Shown here piece by piece: positions 9,653-19,065 of a stretch of 64,000 nucleotides of DNA. The notes beneath the pieces are model-generated. The model saw nothing but the letters and a program-made list of their open reading frames with translations. It did no database searches and had not been told where the DNA came from. Source of the stretch: Nannocystis sp. RBIL2 (GTDB lineage: Bacteria; Myxococcota_A; Polyangia; Nannocystales; Nannocystaceae). Each line of letters begins with the position of its first letter. Within the stretch, counting starts at the first letter, position 1. The position numbers and the translations under genes were made by a program. The stretch is taken from the NCBI RefSeq assembly GCF_026626745.1, contig NZ_JAPNJW010000001.1, positions 972,311-1,036,310 on the forward strand, in the 5' to 3' direction.

Positions 9653-11014
9653 TTGCTCGCCCTCGCCGCGCTGGTGTTCGTTCGCCTCTCGTCCGCCGCG
9701 CCGCCGGTCGCCGCGCCGCCGGTCGACCTGACCTGGCAGGCCCCGCGCGAGTGCCCCGACGGCGACGACGTCCTGCTCATGGTCGCCGGCCTGCTGCGTC
9801 AGCCGACCGGCGACGACGCGCCAGGTCGCCCCGGCGCCCGCGGGCTCATCACCCGCGCCGGCGCGGCATGGGAGCTGCGGCTCGTGCTGCGCGGGCGGGG
9901 CAGCGACTACCGTCGCACCGTCCGTGCCGAGAGCTGCCCGATCCTCGCGCGCGCCGCCGCCCTCCTGATCGCCATCCACCTCGACCCCCTGGCCGTCGCT
10001 CGCGGTTTGCCCGCGCCCGCCGTCGTCCCGCCCGCGCCCCCGGCCCTGCCGCCCGACCTGTCCCCGGGGACAGCCACGATCCCACCGCCGGGCCCCTCCG
10101 ATCTGTCCCCGCGGACATCTGCGACCTCCGCGTCCGGTACGGCCCCGCCCGCCGACCTGTCCTCGCGGACATCCACGACCTCCGCGTCCGGTACGGCCCC
10201 GCCCACCGACCTGTCCTCGCGGACATCCAGCGCTCCGCCGTCCGAGCTACCCGCGCGGCCGGTCCTGCCGCCTGACCCGCTCGCGTCCGACCCGTCTCGC
10301 GCCCCCTCGATCCCCGCCGCTCCCGACCTGTCCTTCCGGCCAGCCCCGCCTCCCTCCCCCGCAGGTCGGCTCGCCTCGCCCGCGCCCCCGCGACCGCCCG
10401 CCGGCCCGTCGCGCCCGCTCGCCCCCGAGGACATGTCCGAAGAGACAGCAGAGTTCACCGCCGCGCGAACGCCCCGGCCAGCCGCACCGCCGCGCGTGCT
10501 CGGCCACCTCCGCCTCGAAGGCGGCCTCGACGTCGGCGTCCTCCCTGGCGCCGGGGGCCTCGTCGGCCTGTTCGGCGGCGTCACCTTGCCGCGCCTGCGC
10601 CTCGAGGCCGGCCTCGTCGGCGCGCCTGGCCGGATCCTCCCCGGCCTCAGCGACCGCCCCGGCGGCCGCTTCGACCGCCTCGGCGGGGTCGTGCGGATCT
10701 GTCCGACCTGGCTCCCGCGCCCGGCGCTCGCCGTCCTGCTGTGCGCCGGCTTCGAGGTCGGCGCGCTCCACGGCGTCGCCCGCGACGTCAGCGTCCCGAG
10801 CCCGCGCTGGGCCCCGTGGGCCAGCTTCTTCCTCGGCCCCGCGCTGCGCTGGCGGGTCGCCGGCCCGCTCGGCCTGTGGCTGGCCGTCGAGGGCCTCGTG
10901 GCCGTCAACCGCCCGATCTTCACCGTCGGCGCTGAAGAGGTGTACCGCGGCGGCCGCGCGGGCCTGCGCACCACTTTCGGCCTCGACCTGCAATTCGGGC
11001 CACGGAATCGCTGA
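9653..11014 (+). CDS. Hypothetical secreted Pro/Ser-rich protein with 18-aa tandem repeats
   Basis: TTG start followed by a signal-peptide-like N-terminus; contains 54-bp tandem repeats (DLSPRTSATSASGTAPPA x ~3); the C-terminal part has non-junk composition. Confidence 0.5.
   Translation: MLALAALVFVRLSSAAPPVAAPPVDLTWQAPRECPDGDDVLLMVAGLLRQPTGDDAPGRPGARGLITRAGAAWELRLVLRGRGSDYRRTVRAESCPILARAAALLIAIHLDPLAVARGLPAPAVVPPAPPALPPDLSPGTATIPPPGPSDLSPRTSATSASGTAPPADLSSRTSTTSASGTAPPTDLSSRTSSAPPSELPARPVLPPDPLASDPSRAPSIPAAPDLSFRPAPPPSPAGRLASPAPPRPPAGPSRPLAPEDMSEETAEFTAARTPRPAAPPRVLGHLRLEGGLDVGVLPGAGGLVGLFGGVTLPRLRLEAGLVGAPGRILPGLSDRPGGRFDRLGGVVRICPTWLPRPALAVLLCAGFEVGALHGVARDVSVPSPRWAPWASFFLGPALRWRVAGPLGLWLAVEGLVAVNRPIFTVGAEEVYRGGRAGLRTTFGLDLQFGPRNR
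10100..10235 (+). repeat. 54-bp tandem coding repeats (x2.5), each beginning with a CTGTCCnnnnGGACAT element copy
   Basis: gatctgtccccgcggacatctgcgacctccgcgtccggtacggccccgcccgcc / gacctgtcctcgcggacatccacgacctccgcgtccggtacggccccgcccacc / gacctgtcctcgcggacatccagcgc...; further single copies at 10055 and 10325. Confidence 0.75.
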
Positions 11015-11035
11015 CCCGCGGAGACAGACCCGATC

Positions 11036-12238
11036 GTGCCGCTCCCCCAGGAAGCACTCCCCGACTTCGCCGCCGTCTACCGCGCGAACTACGGCTTCGT
11101 CTGGCGCACCATCCGGCACCTCGGCGTCGATCTGGCGCGGGTCGACGACGCGGTCCAGGACACCTTCCTGGTCGTCTACCGCCGCCTGCCCGAGTTCGCC
11201 GGGCGTGCCGCGGTGCGCACCTGGTTGTTCGAGATCGCGCGGCGCATCGCCAGCCGTTACCGGCGCAGCGCCGCGCGCGAGGAGCCGCGCCGCTGCGCTT
11301 TGAGCGAGGCCGAGGTCCTCGCCCCCGCGGTCGAGGCCCCCGTGGAGCAGGCCGAGGCCGCCGCGCTCCTCCAGGGCTTCCTCGACGGCCTCGACCGCGA
11401 TCAGGCCGTCGTCTTCGTCATGACCGAGCTCGAGCAGTGGCAGGCCCCCGAGATCGCCGCCGAGCTCGGCGTCAACCTCAACACCGTCTACTCGCGCCTG
11501 CGCGCCGCTCGCCGCGAGCTCGACCGCATGGTCCGCCGCCTCGACGCCCGCGACCGCCGGGCCCGGCCGCGCCAGGGCGCCCACGTGCTCGCCGCCCTGG
11601 TCGTGGTCGGCCCGCCCTGGCCGCCGCCGTGGCGCCTGGCCGCCGCGCGCGATCCGGCTGTCGTCGGGGACATGCTCGCAAAGACATGGTCGATAAGCCA
11701 TGTCGCAACGCCGGCCGCGATCGCCGGCGGCAGCCCGGTCGTCGGCCTCTCGGTCGCCAGCGCCGGCCTCTTCGCAGTGCTGGCGTTCGGCCGCCCTGCA
11801 CCCGAGCCGCCGCAGTCGGTCGTCGCCGCGGCCCACGAGCCCGCGCCCGCTCAGTCGCACTCGCCACCGCAGTCGGTCGCGCTCGCGGCCGCAGCCGCAC
11901 CGATCCCGCCCGCCTCCGCCACGGCCGCTCCCCCCGCGCCCGCGCGACGCTCGACCCCTCGCGGCGAGGAGCCCTCGCTGGCCGCCGAGCTCACCCTCGT
12001 CGAGTCGATCCGCGCCGCCCTGCTCGCCGCCGACCACCGCACCACCCTCGAGCTGGTCGCCCGCCACCAGCGGCGCTTCCCCGCCGGCGTGTTCGCCCAG
12101 GAGACCGCCGCCGCCGCCATCGAGGCCCGCTGCCGCCTCGGCGACCACGACCGCGCCCGCCGCGACGCCGCCGCGTTCGTCGCCCGCTGGCCCGCCTCCG
12201 CCCTGGCCCCGCGGGTGTCCGCGTTGTGCCGCTCGTGA
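11036..12238 (+). CDS. ECF (sigma-70 family) RNA polymerase sigma factor, fused in-frame to an anti-sigma-like extension
   Basis: Sigma region 2 (DAVQDTFLVVYRRL, RTWLFEIARR) and region 4 (TELEQWQAPEIAAELGVNLNTVYSRLRAAR) lie in the first ~175 aa. After that, with no stop, come a predicted TM helix (SPVVGLSVASAGLFAVLAF) and an Ala/Pro-rich tail. A repeat element copy sits at the junction (11665-11710). Confidence 0.65.
   Translation: MPLPQEALPDFAAVYRANYGFVWRTIRHLGVDLARVDDAVQDTFLVVYRRLPEFAGRAAVRTWLFEIARRIASRYRRSAAREEPRRCALSEAEVLAPAVEAPVEQAEAAALLQGFLDGLDRDQAVVFVMTELEQWQAPEIAAELGVNLNTVYSRLRAARRELDRMVRRLDARDRRARPRQGAHVLAALVVVGPPWPPPWRLAAARDPAVVGDMLAKTWSISHVATPAAIAGGSPVVGLSVASAGLFAVLAFGRPAPEPPQSVVAAAHEPAPAQSHSPPQSVALAAAAAPIPPASATAAPPAPARRSTPRGEEPSLAAELTLVESIRAALLAADHRTTLELVARHQRRFPAGVFAQETAAAAIEARCRLGDHDRARRDAAAFVARWPASALAPRVSALCRS
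11665..11710. repeat. GGACATGTCC-family phased array (3 units) inside ECF sigma-fusion ORF
   Basis: CATG at 11671, 11685, 11699. Confidence 0.65.
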
Positions 12239-12271
12239 GCGCGGCGCTCCGTGGCCCGCGACGCGGTCTCG

Positions 12272-12395
12272 GCCGACCTGTCCCTTGCGACCTGTCCATT
12301 CATATCATGTCTGAAGGGACACCCGTCCCTCCAGACATCTCATCCCACGACCGGCGCCACGCGACCTCGCCTTGCATGTCCCTGCGGACAGGCAC
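12272..12395. repeat. Degenerate GGACATGTCC/CCTGTCC-family array in the sigma / FG-GAP intergenic region
   Basis: gaCCTGTCCcttgcgaCCTGTCCattcatatCATGTCTgaagGGACAcccgtccctccagaCATCTCatcc ... gCATGTCCctgcGGACAGG. Confidence 0.65.
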
Positions 12396-12586
12396 GGTCG
12401 CTGCTGCCGCCGCCTCCGCGGCGAAGGGACGAAGCGCTGCAGAGACGTCCAGCGTCGACATCGCCACCTCGCGCCGGCGAGCACGCCGTGACGCGCGCGA
12501 AGACCTCGCCCACCGCCGCATCGAAGGCGCGAAGATCGGCGAACGGAACCTCGGGCCCCGAGGCACTCACTCGCTGAAAGGCCACC

Positions 12587-13942
12587 ATGCGTATCCCAGC
12601 GATCTCGACCCTCCCTATCCTCCTCTCTCTCCTCCCCGCCTGTGACCTCGATATCAAGCACTGCATCGGCGACTGCGAGCACGCGTCCGGCGGCGGATCC
12701 GGCAACACCTCCGAGGGACCCGGCGACACCACCGACGAGCCCTCCACCGACTCGGGCGCGCCCACGAGCGACTCCGGCGAGCCCGACACCGACACCGGCA
12801 TCGATCCCACCGACACCGGCGGCGAGCTCGGCACCTGCGACGTCGTCCACGACGCCCTGCCTGCCACCTGCGGCGACGGCCAGTACGAGCTCGGTGAGCT
12901 GTGCTTCTTCGGCACCTTCGGCTTCGGGAACTTTCCGGTCACCTCGAGCGTGGCCCTCCCGCTCGACGACCTCCACGGCGCCGATCTGCTCTTGACCCTG
13001 AGCGACCACACCATCCGGGGCGAGCTGTTCGCGCCGCTGACCACCGACACGAAGCTGTGGCCGCAATCGATCGGCGAGCAGCCCGTCTTGCGGGCCACCG
13101 GCGACTTCGACGAGGACGGCGTCATCGACGTCCTCGCTCACTCGCTCGGCCCCGACGGCGTCAGCGTCCACGCCCTCTTCCTCGACGGCGAGGGGGGCCT
13201 CGCCGACGACCAGATCGTCCACCTCGCGGAGAACGTCGTGACCCTCGACGCAGTCGACTGGAACGACGACGGCCACCTCGACATCATCACCCTCGCCCAC
13301 ACCGAAGCCCTCGACGGCCTCGTCATCCTGCTCGGCGACGGCACCGGCGACTTCACGGAGAGCGTCGGGCCGGCCATCGAGCTGGCCACGCCGGGCTACG
13401 TCCTCGGCGCCCTCCACGGCGACGGCCGCGCCGACGACTTCGTGTTCACCCAGAGCGGCAGCGGCACGATCGTCCGCCACAACGGCAACCTCCAGACGAC
13501 CTCCGCCCCGAGCATGCCGGCCGAGCTGTGGTTCCACGACTTCGTGATCGCCGACTTCGACGGCGACGGCTTCGGCGACATCGCCGGCGTCGCCACCAAC
13601 ACCCAGTTCGAGACCAGCGAGCTCGTGGTCTTCCTGCAGAAGAACGGCGACTTCCCGCTCACCGCTCGCTACCCGGTCAACTGCGGCGCCCGTCTGCTCG
13701 CCGCCGGCGACCTCGACAACGACGGCGTCCCCGACATCGTCACCGGCGGCGTCGATTTCATGGGCTCGCTCCGCCGCGGCGACGGCCAGGGCGGCTTCCC
13801 CCAGCACATGCAGATCGGCCTCGACGTCCTGAACGAGGGCGACGCGCTCCACATCGCCGACTTCGAGGGCGACGGCATCCCCGACGTCGTCGCCACCGGC
13901 GTGGAGAGCGCCGCGGTCGCGATCGCCTACAACCGCGGGTGA
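12587..13942 (+). CDS. FG-GAP/VCBS repeat lipoprotein (integrin-alpha-like beta-propeller)
   Basis: Signal peptide plus lipobox LLPAC; repeated FG-GAP-like units (DFDGDGxxD, DLDNDGVPD, DFEGDGIPD). Confidence 0.7.
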   Translation: MRIPAISTLPILLSLLPACDLDIKHCIGDCEHASGGGSGNTSEGPGDTTDEPSTDSGAPTSDSGEPDTDTGIDPTDTGGELGTCDVVHDALPATCGDGQYELGELCFFGTFGFGNFPVTSSVALPLDDLHGADLLLTLSDHTIRGELFAPLTTDTKLWPQSIGEQPVLRATGDFDEDGVIDVLAHSLGPDGVSVHALFLDGEGGLADDQIVHLAENVVTLDAVDWNDDGHLDIITLAHTEALDGLVILLGDGTGDFTESVGPAIELATPGYVLGALHGDGRADDFVFTQSGSGTIVRHNGNLQTTSAPSMPAELWFHDFVIADFDGDGFGDIAGVATNTQFETSELVVFLQKNGDFPLTARYPVNCGARLLAAGDLDNDGVPDIVTGGVDFMGSLRRGDGQGGFPQHMQIGLDVLNEGDALHIADFEGDGIPDVVATGVESAAVAIAYNRG

Positions 13943-13944
13943 CT

Positions 13945-14005
13945 CACAGTCATGTCCATAAATACATGTCTTTTATGACATACTCATAAAGACATGTCAT
14001 GGAGC
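13945..14005. repeat. GGACATGTCC-family 14-bp phased array with AT-rich spacers
   Basis: CATG at 13951, 13965, (CATA 13979), 13993; spacers ataaata / ttttatga / ctcataaaga. Confidence 0.8.
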
Positions 14006-14219
14006 TCGAGGTCCGTGCGCTCGGACCCGCGTCGGACCTGCTGGTCGCGCGCGCCCGCGGCTCACGGAACTCGGGCGCGGGCGCCATCCCCGTCGAAGTC
14101 GCCGACGTCGAAGTCGACCGCGCCGCGGTGGACGGGGTCAGCGGGTGACCGCGAAGCCGTCGACCTGTAGGGCGGCTCCCGTCTCTGCGCGCAATCGTCC
14201 GAACCCGCTCGCCACGCGA

Positions 14220-14292
14220 AAGGACATGTCGGACAGGGCATGTCGATAGAGACATGCCCGAATCGACATGTCCCCATCGACATGCCCTCGAG
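14220..14292. repeat. GGACATGTCC-family 14-bp phased array (5 units) abutting the SNF2 stop codon
   Basis: CATG at 14225, 14239, 14253, 14267, 14281, exactly 14 bp apart. Confidence 0.85.
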
Positions 14293-14293
14293 T

Positions 14294-17245
14294 TCACTCG
14301 AGCAGCGCCAGCAGGTCGCTGCGGGTGATCGCCGCCGCCCCCGCCGCGTCTTCGAGCGCCGCCTCGGCGATCGCCCGCTTGCGCGCCTGCAGGGACAGGA
14401 TCCGCTCCTCCACCGTCTCCTCGGCCACCAGCCGGTGCACGATCACCGGGCGCTCCTGGCCGATGCGGTGGGCGCGGTCGGCCGCCTGGTCTTCGACCGC
14501 GGGGTTCCACCACGGGTCGAGCAGGAACACGTGGTCGGCCGCCGTCAGGTTGAGGCCCGTGCCGCCGGCCTTGAGCGAGATCAGCATCACCGGCGGCCCG
14601 TCCGGGTCCTGGAACCGGTTCACCACCCCGGCGCGATCGCGGGTCGAGCCGTCGAGGCGGCAGAACGGCAGCCCCGCCGCCTGCAGCCCCGGCTCGCACA
14701 GGTCGAGCAGGCTGGTCCACTGCGAGAACACCAGCGCCTTGTGGCCCTCGGCGATCGCCTCGGTCAGGGTCTCGAGCAGCAGCTCGAGCTTCGACGAGCG
14801 CGTGGCCGACTGGCCCGGCACCAGCGCCGCGTGGCAGGCCGCCTGGCGCAGGCGCAGCAGCGCCTCGAGGGCCGCGAGCACCCCGCCGCCGGCCTGCAGC
14901 TGGGCCACCACTTCCTCGTGCGTGGCCGCCCGCACCGCGTCGTAGACGGCCCGCTCGCGCGCGTCGAGCGTGCAGCGCAGCACCACCTCGGTGCGCGGCG
15001 GCAGCTCGCGCGCCACCTCTTGCTTGCGCCGGCGCAGCACGAACGGCGCGATCCGCCGCCGCAACGCCCGCGCCGCCGCCTGGTCGCCGTCGCCGATCGG
15101 CCGGCCGAAGCGCTCCTGGAAGTCCGCGCGCCCGCCGAGCAGCCCCGGGTTGATGAAGTGGATCTGGCTCCACAGCTCGTCGAGGCGGTTCTCCACCGGC
15201 GTGCCCGTCATCGCCAGCCGCCAGTCGGCCTGCAGCCCGAACGCCGCCCGCGCGACCTGGCTCTCGGGGTTCTTGATCGCCTGCGCCTCGTCCAGGATCA
15301 CCGCGTCCCAGCGCTCGCCGGCCAGCGCCTCGGCGTCGAGCCGCAGCAGCGCGTAGCTGGTGAGCGTGAGGTCGGCCTGCGGATCGAGGCGTCGCTTCGG
15401 CCCGTGATACACGCTGACCCGAAGGCCAGGTCGGAACTTCTCCGCCTCCGCCGCCCAGTTGTGGATCACGCTGGTCGGCGCGACCACCAGAGTCCGGCCT
15501 CGCACCGCGCACAGCGCCTGCAGCGTCTTGCCGAGGCCCATGTCGTCGGCCAGCAGCGCGCCGAGCCCGGCCTCGCGCAAGAACGCCAGCCAGTCGACGC
15601 CGCGCCGCTGGTACGGCCGCAGCTCGACCTGCAGGTCGGCCGGCAGACGCGTCTCGGGGATCGCCTCGAAGCCCTCGACCAGCGCCGCCAGCCCCGCCAG
15701 CTCGGGCGGCGGCGGGTGGTCGAGCGCGCGGCACAGCTCGGCCAGCGCCGGCCGGGCCCACGTCGCCGGCTCGCCGCCCTGCTCGCGCGCCGCCAGCAGC
15801 AGCGTCACCTCCGAGCCGAACCGCGACAGCCAGTCGACCGGCAGCGGCGCGACCCCGCCGTCGTCGAGCACCACCTCGGTCGCGCCCGCCTGCCACGCCT
15901 CGAGCACCCGGCGCGCGTCCGCCTGCGAGACATGTCCCGAAGAACCTGTCTCGAAGGCAATGCCCAATCGGCCACCCTCGCCGGCGATCATGCGGGCCGC
16001 CAGCGGCCCCTTGCGCACGAACTCGCGGTGCGACTCGCCGGCGATCTCGCCGCCCTCGAACCCGCGCAGCGCCTCGGCCAGGCCGACCGCCAGCGGCCCG
16101 ACGGCGCTGGTGGTGCGCCCGAACTGCAGCCCGAGCTCGCTCAGCCGGCGCACCAGCGACGCCTCGGCGAGCGCGTCGCGGCGCGGCACCTCGCGCCCGC
16201 GGATCACCAGCCGCCCGGCCTCGACCCGCGCCGCCTCGGGTGTCCCGTAGACCAGGACCGGAAGGACAGACATGCCCGTGCCCGCGCGCCCGACTTCGAA
16301 CAGCACCCGCGGTCGCGCGTCGGACAGCACCGGCAGGCGGTCGGTCTTCTCCTTGAAGGCCTTGACCCGCGCGCGCAGGGCCGGGATGGCCTCGGCCACC
16401 AGCTCGCCCGCGCGCTCGGGCGAGAACTGCAGCCCCACGCGCAGCTCGGCCGCCTCCTTGGGCCCGATGCCGCCGTTGTCGAAGCAGCGCAGCACGTCGC
16501 CGCACAGCACTACCCCGCTGGCCGCGAACACCTCGGTGATCGTCGGGTCGCGGACGATGTACAGGCGGAAGCCCTTGCCGCCCTCGAACGCCGCCACCCG
16601 CCCGTGGTAGCCGGCCGGCTCGGCCCCGGCCTTGATCCTCTTGCCGTCGAGCGTGATGTCCTCGCAGCCGGCCAGCGCCGGCAGCAGCTTGCGCGTGATC
16701 ACCGGCGCCAGCGGACCGCGCTTGTAGATCCCCAGCGCCCCCTCGACCTCGAAGTCGGCCGCGGTCGCCACGATCCCCGGCCCCTCGACCTTGCCGCCGG
16801 TGATCGCCGCCAGGCTGTAACCGAGCGGCGTCTCCTTGCTCTCGGGACCTGTCCCTTCGGACACACGCACCCGCACCAGCTCGAGCGCGCCCTCGGCCCG
16901 GCGCAAGCGATACCCGACCCGACCCGCGCGCTCGCTGCCGCGCGGCATCGCCTCACCGGCCTCGACCGCGCGCTGGAGGGCGATCGTCGCCGCCGCCACG
17001 TGGAAGCAGCACTCGCCGGCGTCGTCGCAGTCGCAGCTCCACTCGGCGTCGCCGGGGTACAGCGCGACCGTCGGGCTCTTGCCCGCGCCCTTGATCGCGA
17101 CCCGCAGGACCACCTCGTCGCGCTCGCGCCGCACCCCCGCGACGGCCCCCGCGCGCGCGAGCTCGACCCCGCGAGACCAATCGCGGGGGCTGCACGCGGC
17201 GCGCACTGCATCGAGGAGAGCTCGCACGGGGCGGTCGCCTAGCAC
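14294..17245 (-). CDS. SNF2-family DEAD/DEAH helicase with N-terminal SWIM zinc finger
   Basis: SWIM CxC...CxH ([15 protein letters not shown]); SNF2_N ([20 protein letters not shown]); helicase C ([39 protein letters not shown]). Confidence 0.85.
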   Translation of the reverse strand: MLGDRPVRALLDAVRAACSPRDWSRGVELARAGAVAGVRRERDEVVLRVAIKGAGKSPTVALYPGDAEWSCDCDDAGECCFHVAAATIALQRAVEAGEAMPRGSERAGRVGYRLRRAEGALELVRVRVSEGTGPESKETPLGYSLAAITGGKVEGPGIVATAADFEVEGALGIYKRGPLAPVITRKLLPALAGCEDITLDGKRIKAGAEPAGYHGRVAAFEGGKGFRLYIVRDPTITEVFAASGVVLCGDVLRCFDNGGIGPKEAAELRVGLQFSPERAGELVAEAIPALRARVKAFKEKTDRLPVLSDARPRVLFEVGRAGTGMSVLPVLVYGTPEAARVEAGRLVIRGREVPRRDALAEASLVRRLSELGLQFGRTTSAVGPLAVGLAEALRGFEGGEIAGESHREFVRKGPLAARMIAGEGGRLGIAFETGSSGHVSQADARRVLEAWQAGATEVVLDDGGVAPLPVDWLSRFGSEVTLLLAAREQGGEPATWARPALAELCRALDHPPPPELAGLAALVEGFEAIPETRLPADLQVELRPYQRRGVDWLAFLREAGLGALLADDMGLGKTLQALCAVRGRTLVVAPTSVIHNWAAEAEKFRPGLRVSVYHGPKRRLDPQADLTLTSYALLRLDAEALAGERWDAVILDEAQAIKNPESQVARAAFGLQADWRLAMTGTPVENRLDELWSQIHFINPGLLGGRADFQERFGRPIGDGDQAAARALRRRIAPFVLRRRKQEVARELPPRTEVVLRCTLDARERAVYDAVRAATHEEVVAQLQAGGGVLAALEALLRLRQAACHAALVPGQSATRSSKLELLLETLTEAIAEGHKALVFSQWTSLLDLCEPGLQAAGLPFCRLDGSTRDRAGVVNRFQDPDGPPVMLISLKAGGTGLNLTAADHVFLLDPWWNPAVEDQAADRAHRIGQERPVIVHRLVAEETVEERILSLQARKRAIAEAALEDAAGAAAITRSDLLALLE

Positions 17246-17645
17246 GACCGGGCTGCGCTGTCAGCCGCCTCGCCCCTCCGGGGCCGCAGAGCGCCCGCAA
17301 CAGGCCCGGCGGGGCGCCCGCAACCTCCGCGCCCACGACCCCGATTCGCCCGTGACTCCCGAGCCCGCGCGAGGACCGGTCTGCTCCCGCGACCCGCGAA
17401 CTCGACGCCGCCTTTCCTGACCGACTCGAAAGGTCAGCGCCCCGATTTGCTTCGAGGCCCGCTTTGCTTCGAGGCCCGCGTCAGCCCCGTCGCCGAGACA
17501 CGCGTCTTCGAGCTACGTGCCTCCGCACCTCCGGTCGTCCACGGCCTGGATGGACTGCGAGACGGACGCGAGCGCGTCGACGCGGGCAGGTAATGCGCGA
17601 TGACGACGCCCCGACCCGTCACCACCCCGCTCGACACGCTCGCGA

Positions 17646-18707
17646 TCACGTCGGCCGCGGCTCGGGCAGACCGGGCGGCAGGCGGCCCAGCGCGAGCGGC
17701 TGCAGCGGCGCCATCGGCGGGGTGCCGACGCGCTGGCGCCACGCCTCCGGCCCGAGCGGCTGGATCACGTCTCCGCGGGCGCGACAGGCCGCCAGCGCCG
17801 CGTCGAGCGTGGCCGGCTCGCACGGGTGCAGCACCACCAGCGGACCTATCGCCCCAGCGTGGGCGGGGGGCGGCTCGATCGGCGGCGCGCGCAGCAGCGC
17901 CGGCGCGAGGTAGGTCCGCGGATCGCCCGGGCGCTCGAGCTGTCCTCCGGGACAGAGCACCCTGGCCCCGGGGACAGCCGACCACGCGGCCAGGGCGGCG
18001 CGGTACACCTCGGCCAGGGCCGGCTCGACCGGCCCCGCGAACATCTCCGGGTCATCCGGCGGCCCGAACGCCGCGCCGACCCACAGCCGGTGCAGGTGCC
18101 GCTCGAGGCGCTCGAGCGGCCCCGCCACGAACGCCTGCACGATGCGCCGCGGATCGGCCCCGCCGCGGCGCAGCCCCGACAGCGCCAGCGCGTACGCGGC
18201 CAGCTCGCGGTCCGCGTCCGCGTGCACCGCCGCCACCCGCGGCCGCGCCGGCGTCACCCCGACTCGCTCCCACGCGAGCACCTCGTCCGGAGCCGCCTCG
18301 CCGGCCGCCCCGATCGTCAGCGCCTCGCCGGCCTGCTCGCGCGACAGCTCGTCGCGCAGCTCGGCCAGCAGCTCCGGCACCACCGCGCTCGCGCCCGCCT
18401 CGACCTCGAGGTGCACGCGTCGGCCCTGGCGCAGCAGCGTGCTGACGATCAGCAGGCTCTCGAGCGGCTGGTCCTTGCGCTCGCACACCCGCGCGGGCGG
18501 CCCCCCGAGCCCGTGGAAGCGCTGCTCACGGAGCGCCCACAGCCCGCGCTGCAACTTGCCGATCGTCTTGTGCCGATCCCACGCGACCATCCCGTGGGTG
18601 CGCGCCAGCGACTCGCCGATCGCGTCGGCCCGCGCCGCCAGGAGCCCCAGCAAGGCCACCTGCCGGGCCCGCGCTGCGGCCGCGATCCGCTCGGGCTTCA
18701 GGCTCAC
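17646..18707 (-). CDS. Aldehyde-dehydrogenase-like protein, degenerate and truncated (probable pseudoenzyme)
   Basis: Weak ALDH-like motifs (LHRLWVGAAFGPPDDPEMFAGPV ~ KVGDPxDxxTxxGPLI; GARVLCPGG ~ GAxLLxGG; GAIGPLVVLHPCE ~ EEIFGPVL). The catalytic Cys/Glu context is absent. The opposite-strand ORF is Arg/Ala/Ser junk. Confidence 0.45.
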   Translation of the reverse strand: MSLKPERIAAAARARQVALLGLLAARADAIGESLARTHGMVAWDRHKTIGKLQRGLWALREQRFHGLGGPPARVCERKDQPLESLLIVSTLLRQGRRVHLEVEAGASAVVPELLAELRDELSREQAGEALTIGAAGEAAPDEVLAWERVGVTPARPRVAAVHADADRELAAYALALSGLRRGGADPRRIVQAFVAGPLERLERHLHRLWVGAAFGPPDDPEMFAGPVEPALAEVYRAALAAWSAVPGARVLCPGGQLERPGDPRTYLAPALLRAPPIEPPPAHAGAIGPLVVLHPCEPATLDAALAACRARGDVIQPLGPEAWRQRVGTPPMAPLQPLALGRLPPGLPEPRPT

Positions 18708-18771
18708 GACGCCCGGTCATACCATGCCCAGGGGCACGTGCGGGCTCGCGGACGCGCTCGCCTGCGCCGAT

Positions 18772-19005
18772 CTACGTCCCCTTCGGCCCCACGACCTCGC
18801 CGGTCTCCGGATCGACAGGGAACCATGCGCCCGCGACCTCGTGACAGGCGTGCCTCAGCTCCGCGTAGACCTCGGGGGTGATCCACGTGTCGACCTCCTG
18901 CGGGTCGCGCCAGTGCATCGGGTTGTGGGCGAACGCGTTCAGGTGCTCGAGCAGGCGATAGAGCCGTTCCGCAGCCTGTTCATCCAGACATGCTCTAACG
19001 GCCAT
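18772..19005 (-). CDS. Small hypothetical protein (77 aa)
   Basis: Native-like composition (W, H, Y, F, E rich): ...HNPMHWRDPQEVDTWITPEVYAELRHACHEVAGAWFPVDPETGEVV. The N-terminus overlaps repeat array 18972-19065, so the true start may be internal. Confidence 0.35.
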   Translation of the reverse strand: MAVRACLDEQAAERLYRLLEHLNAFAHNPMHWRDPQEVDTWITPEVYAELRHACHEVAGAWFPVDPETGEVVGPKGT

Positions 19006-19065
19006 GCCCCTTCGAGCATGCCCTTTCGAGCATGCCTATCAGGACATGCCTCAAGCGACAGGCGA
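18972..19065. repeat. CATGCC-variant 14-bp phased array (6 units)
   Basis: CCTGTTC 18975; CATG at 18989, 19003, 19017, 19031, 19045. Confidence 0.85.
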
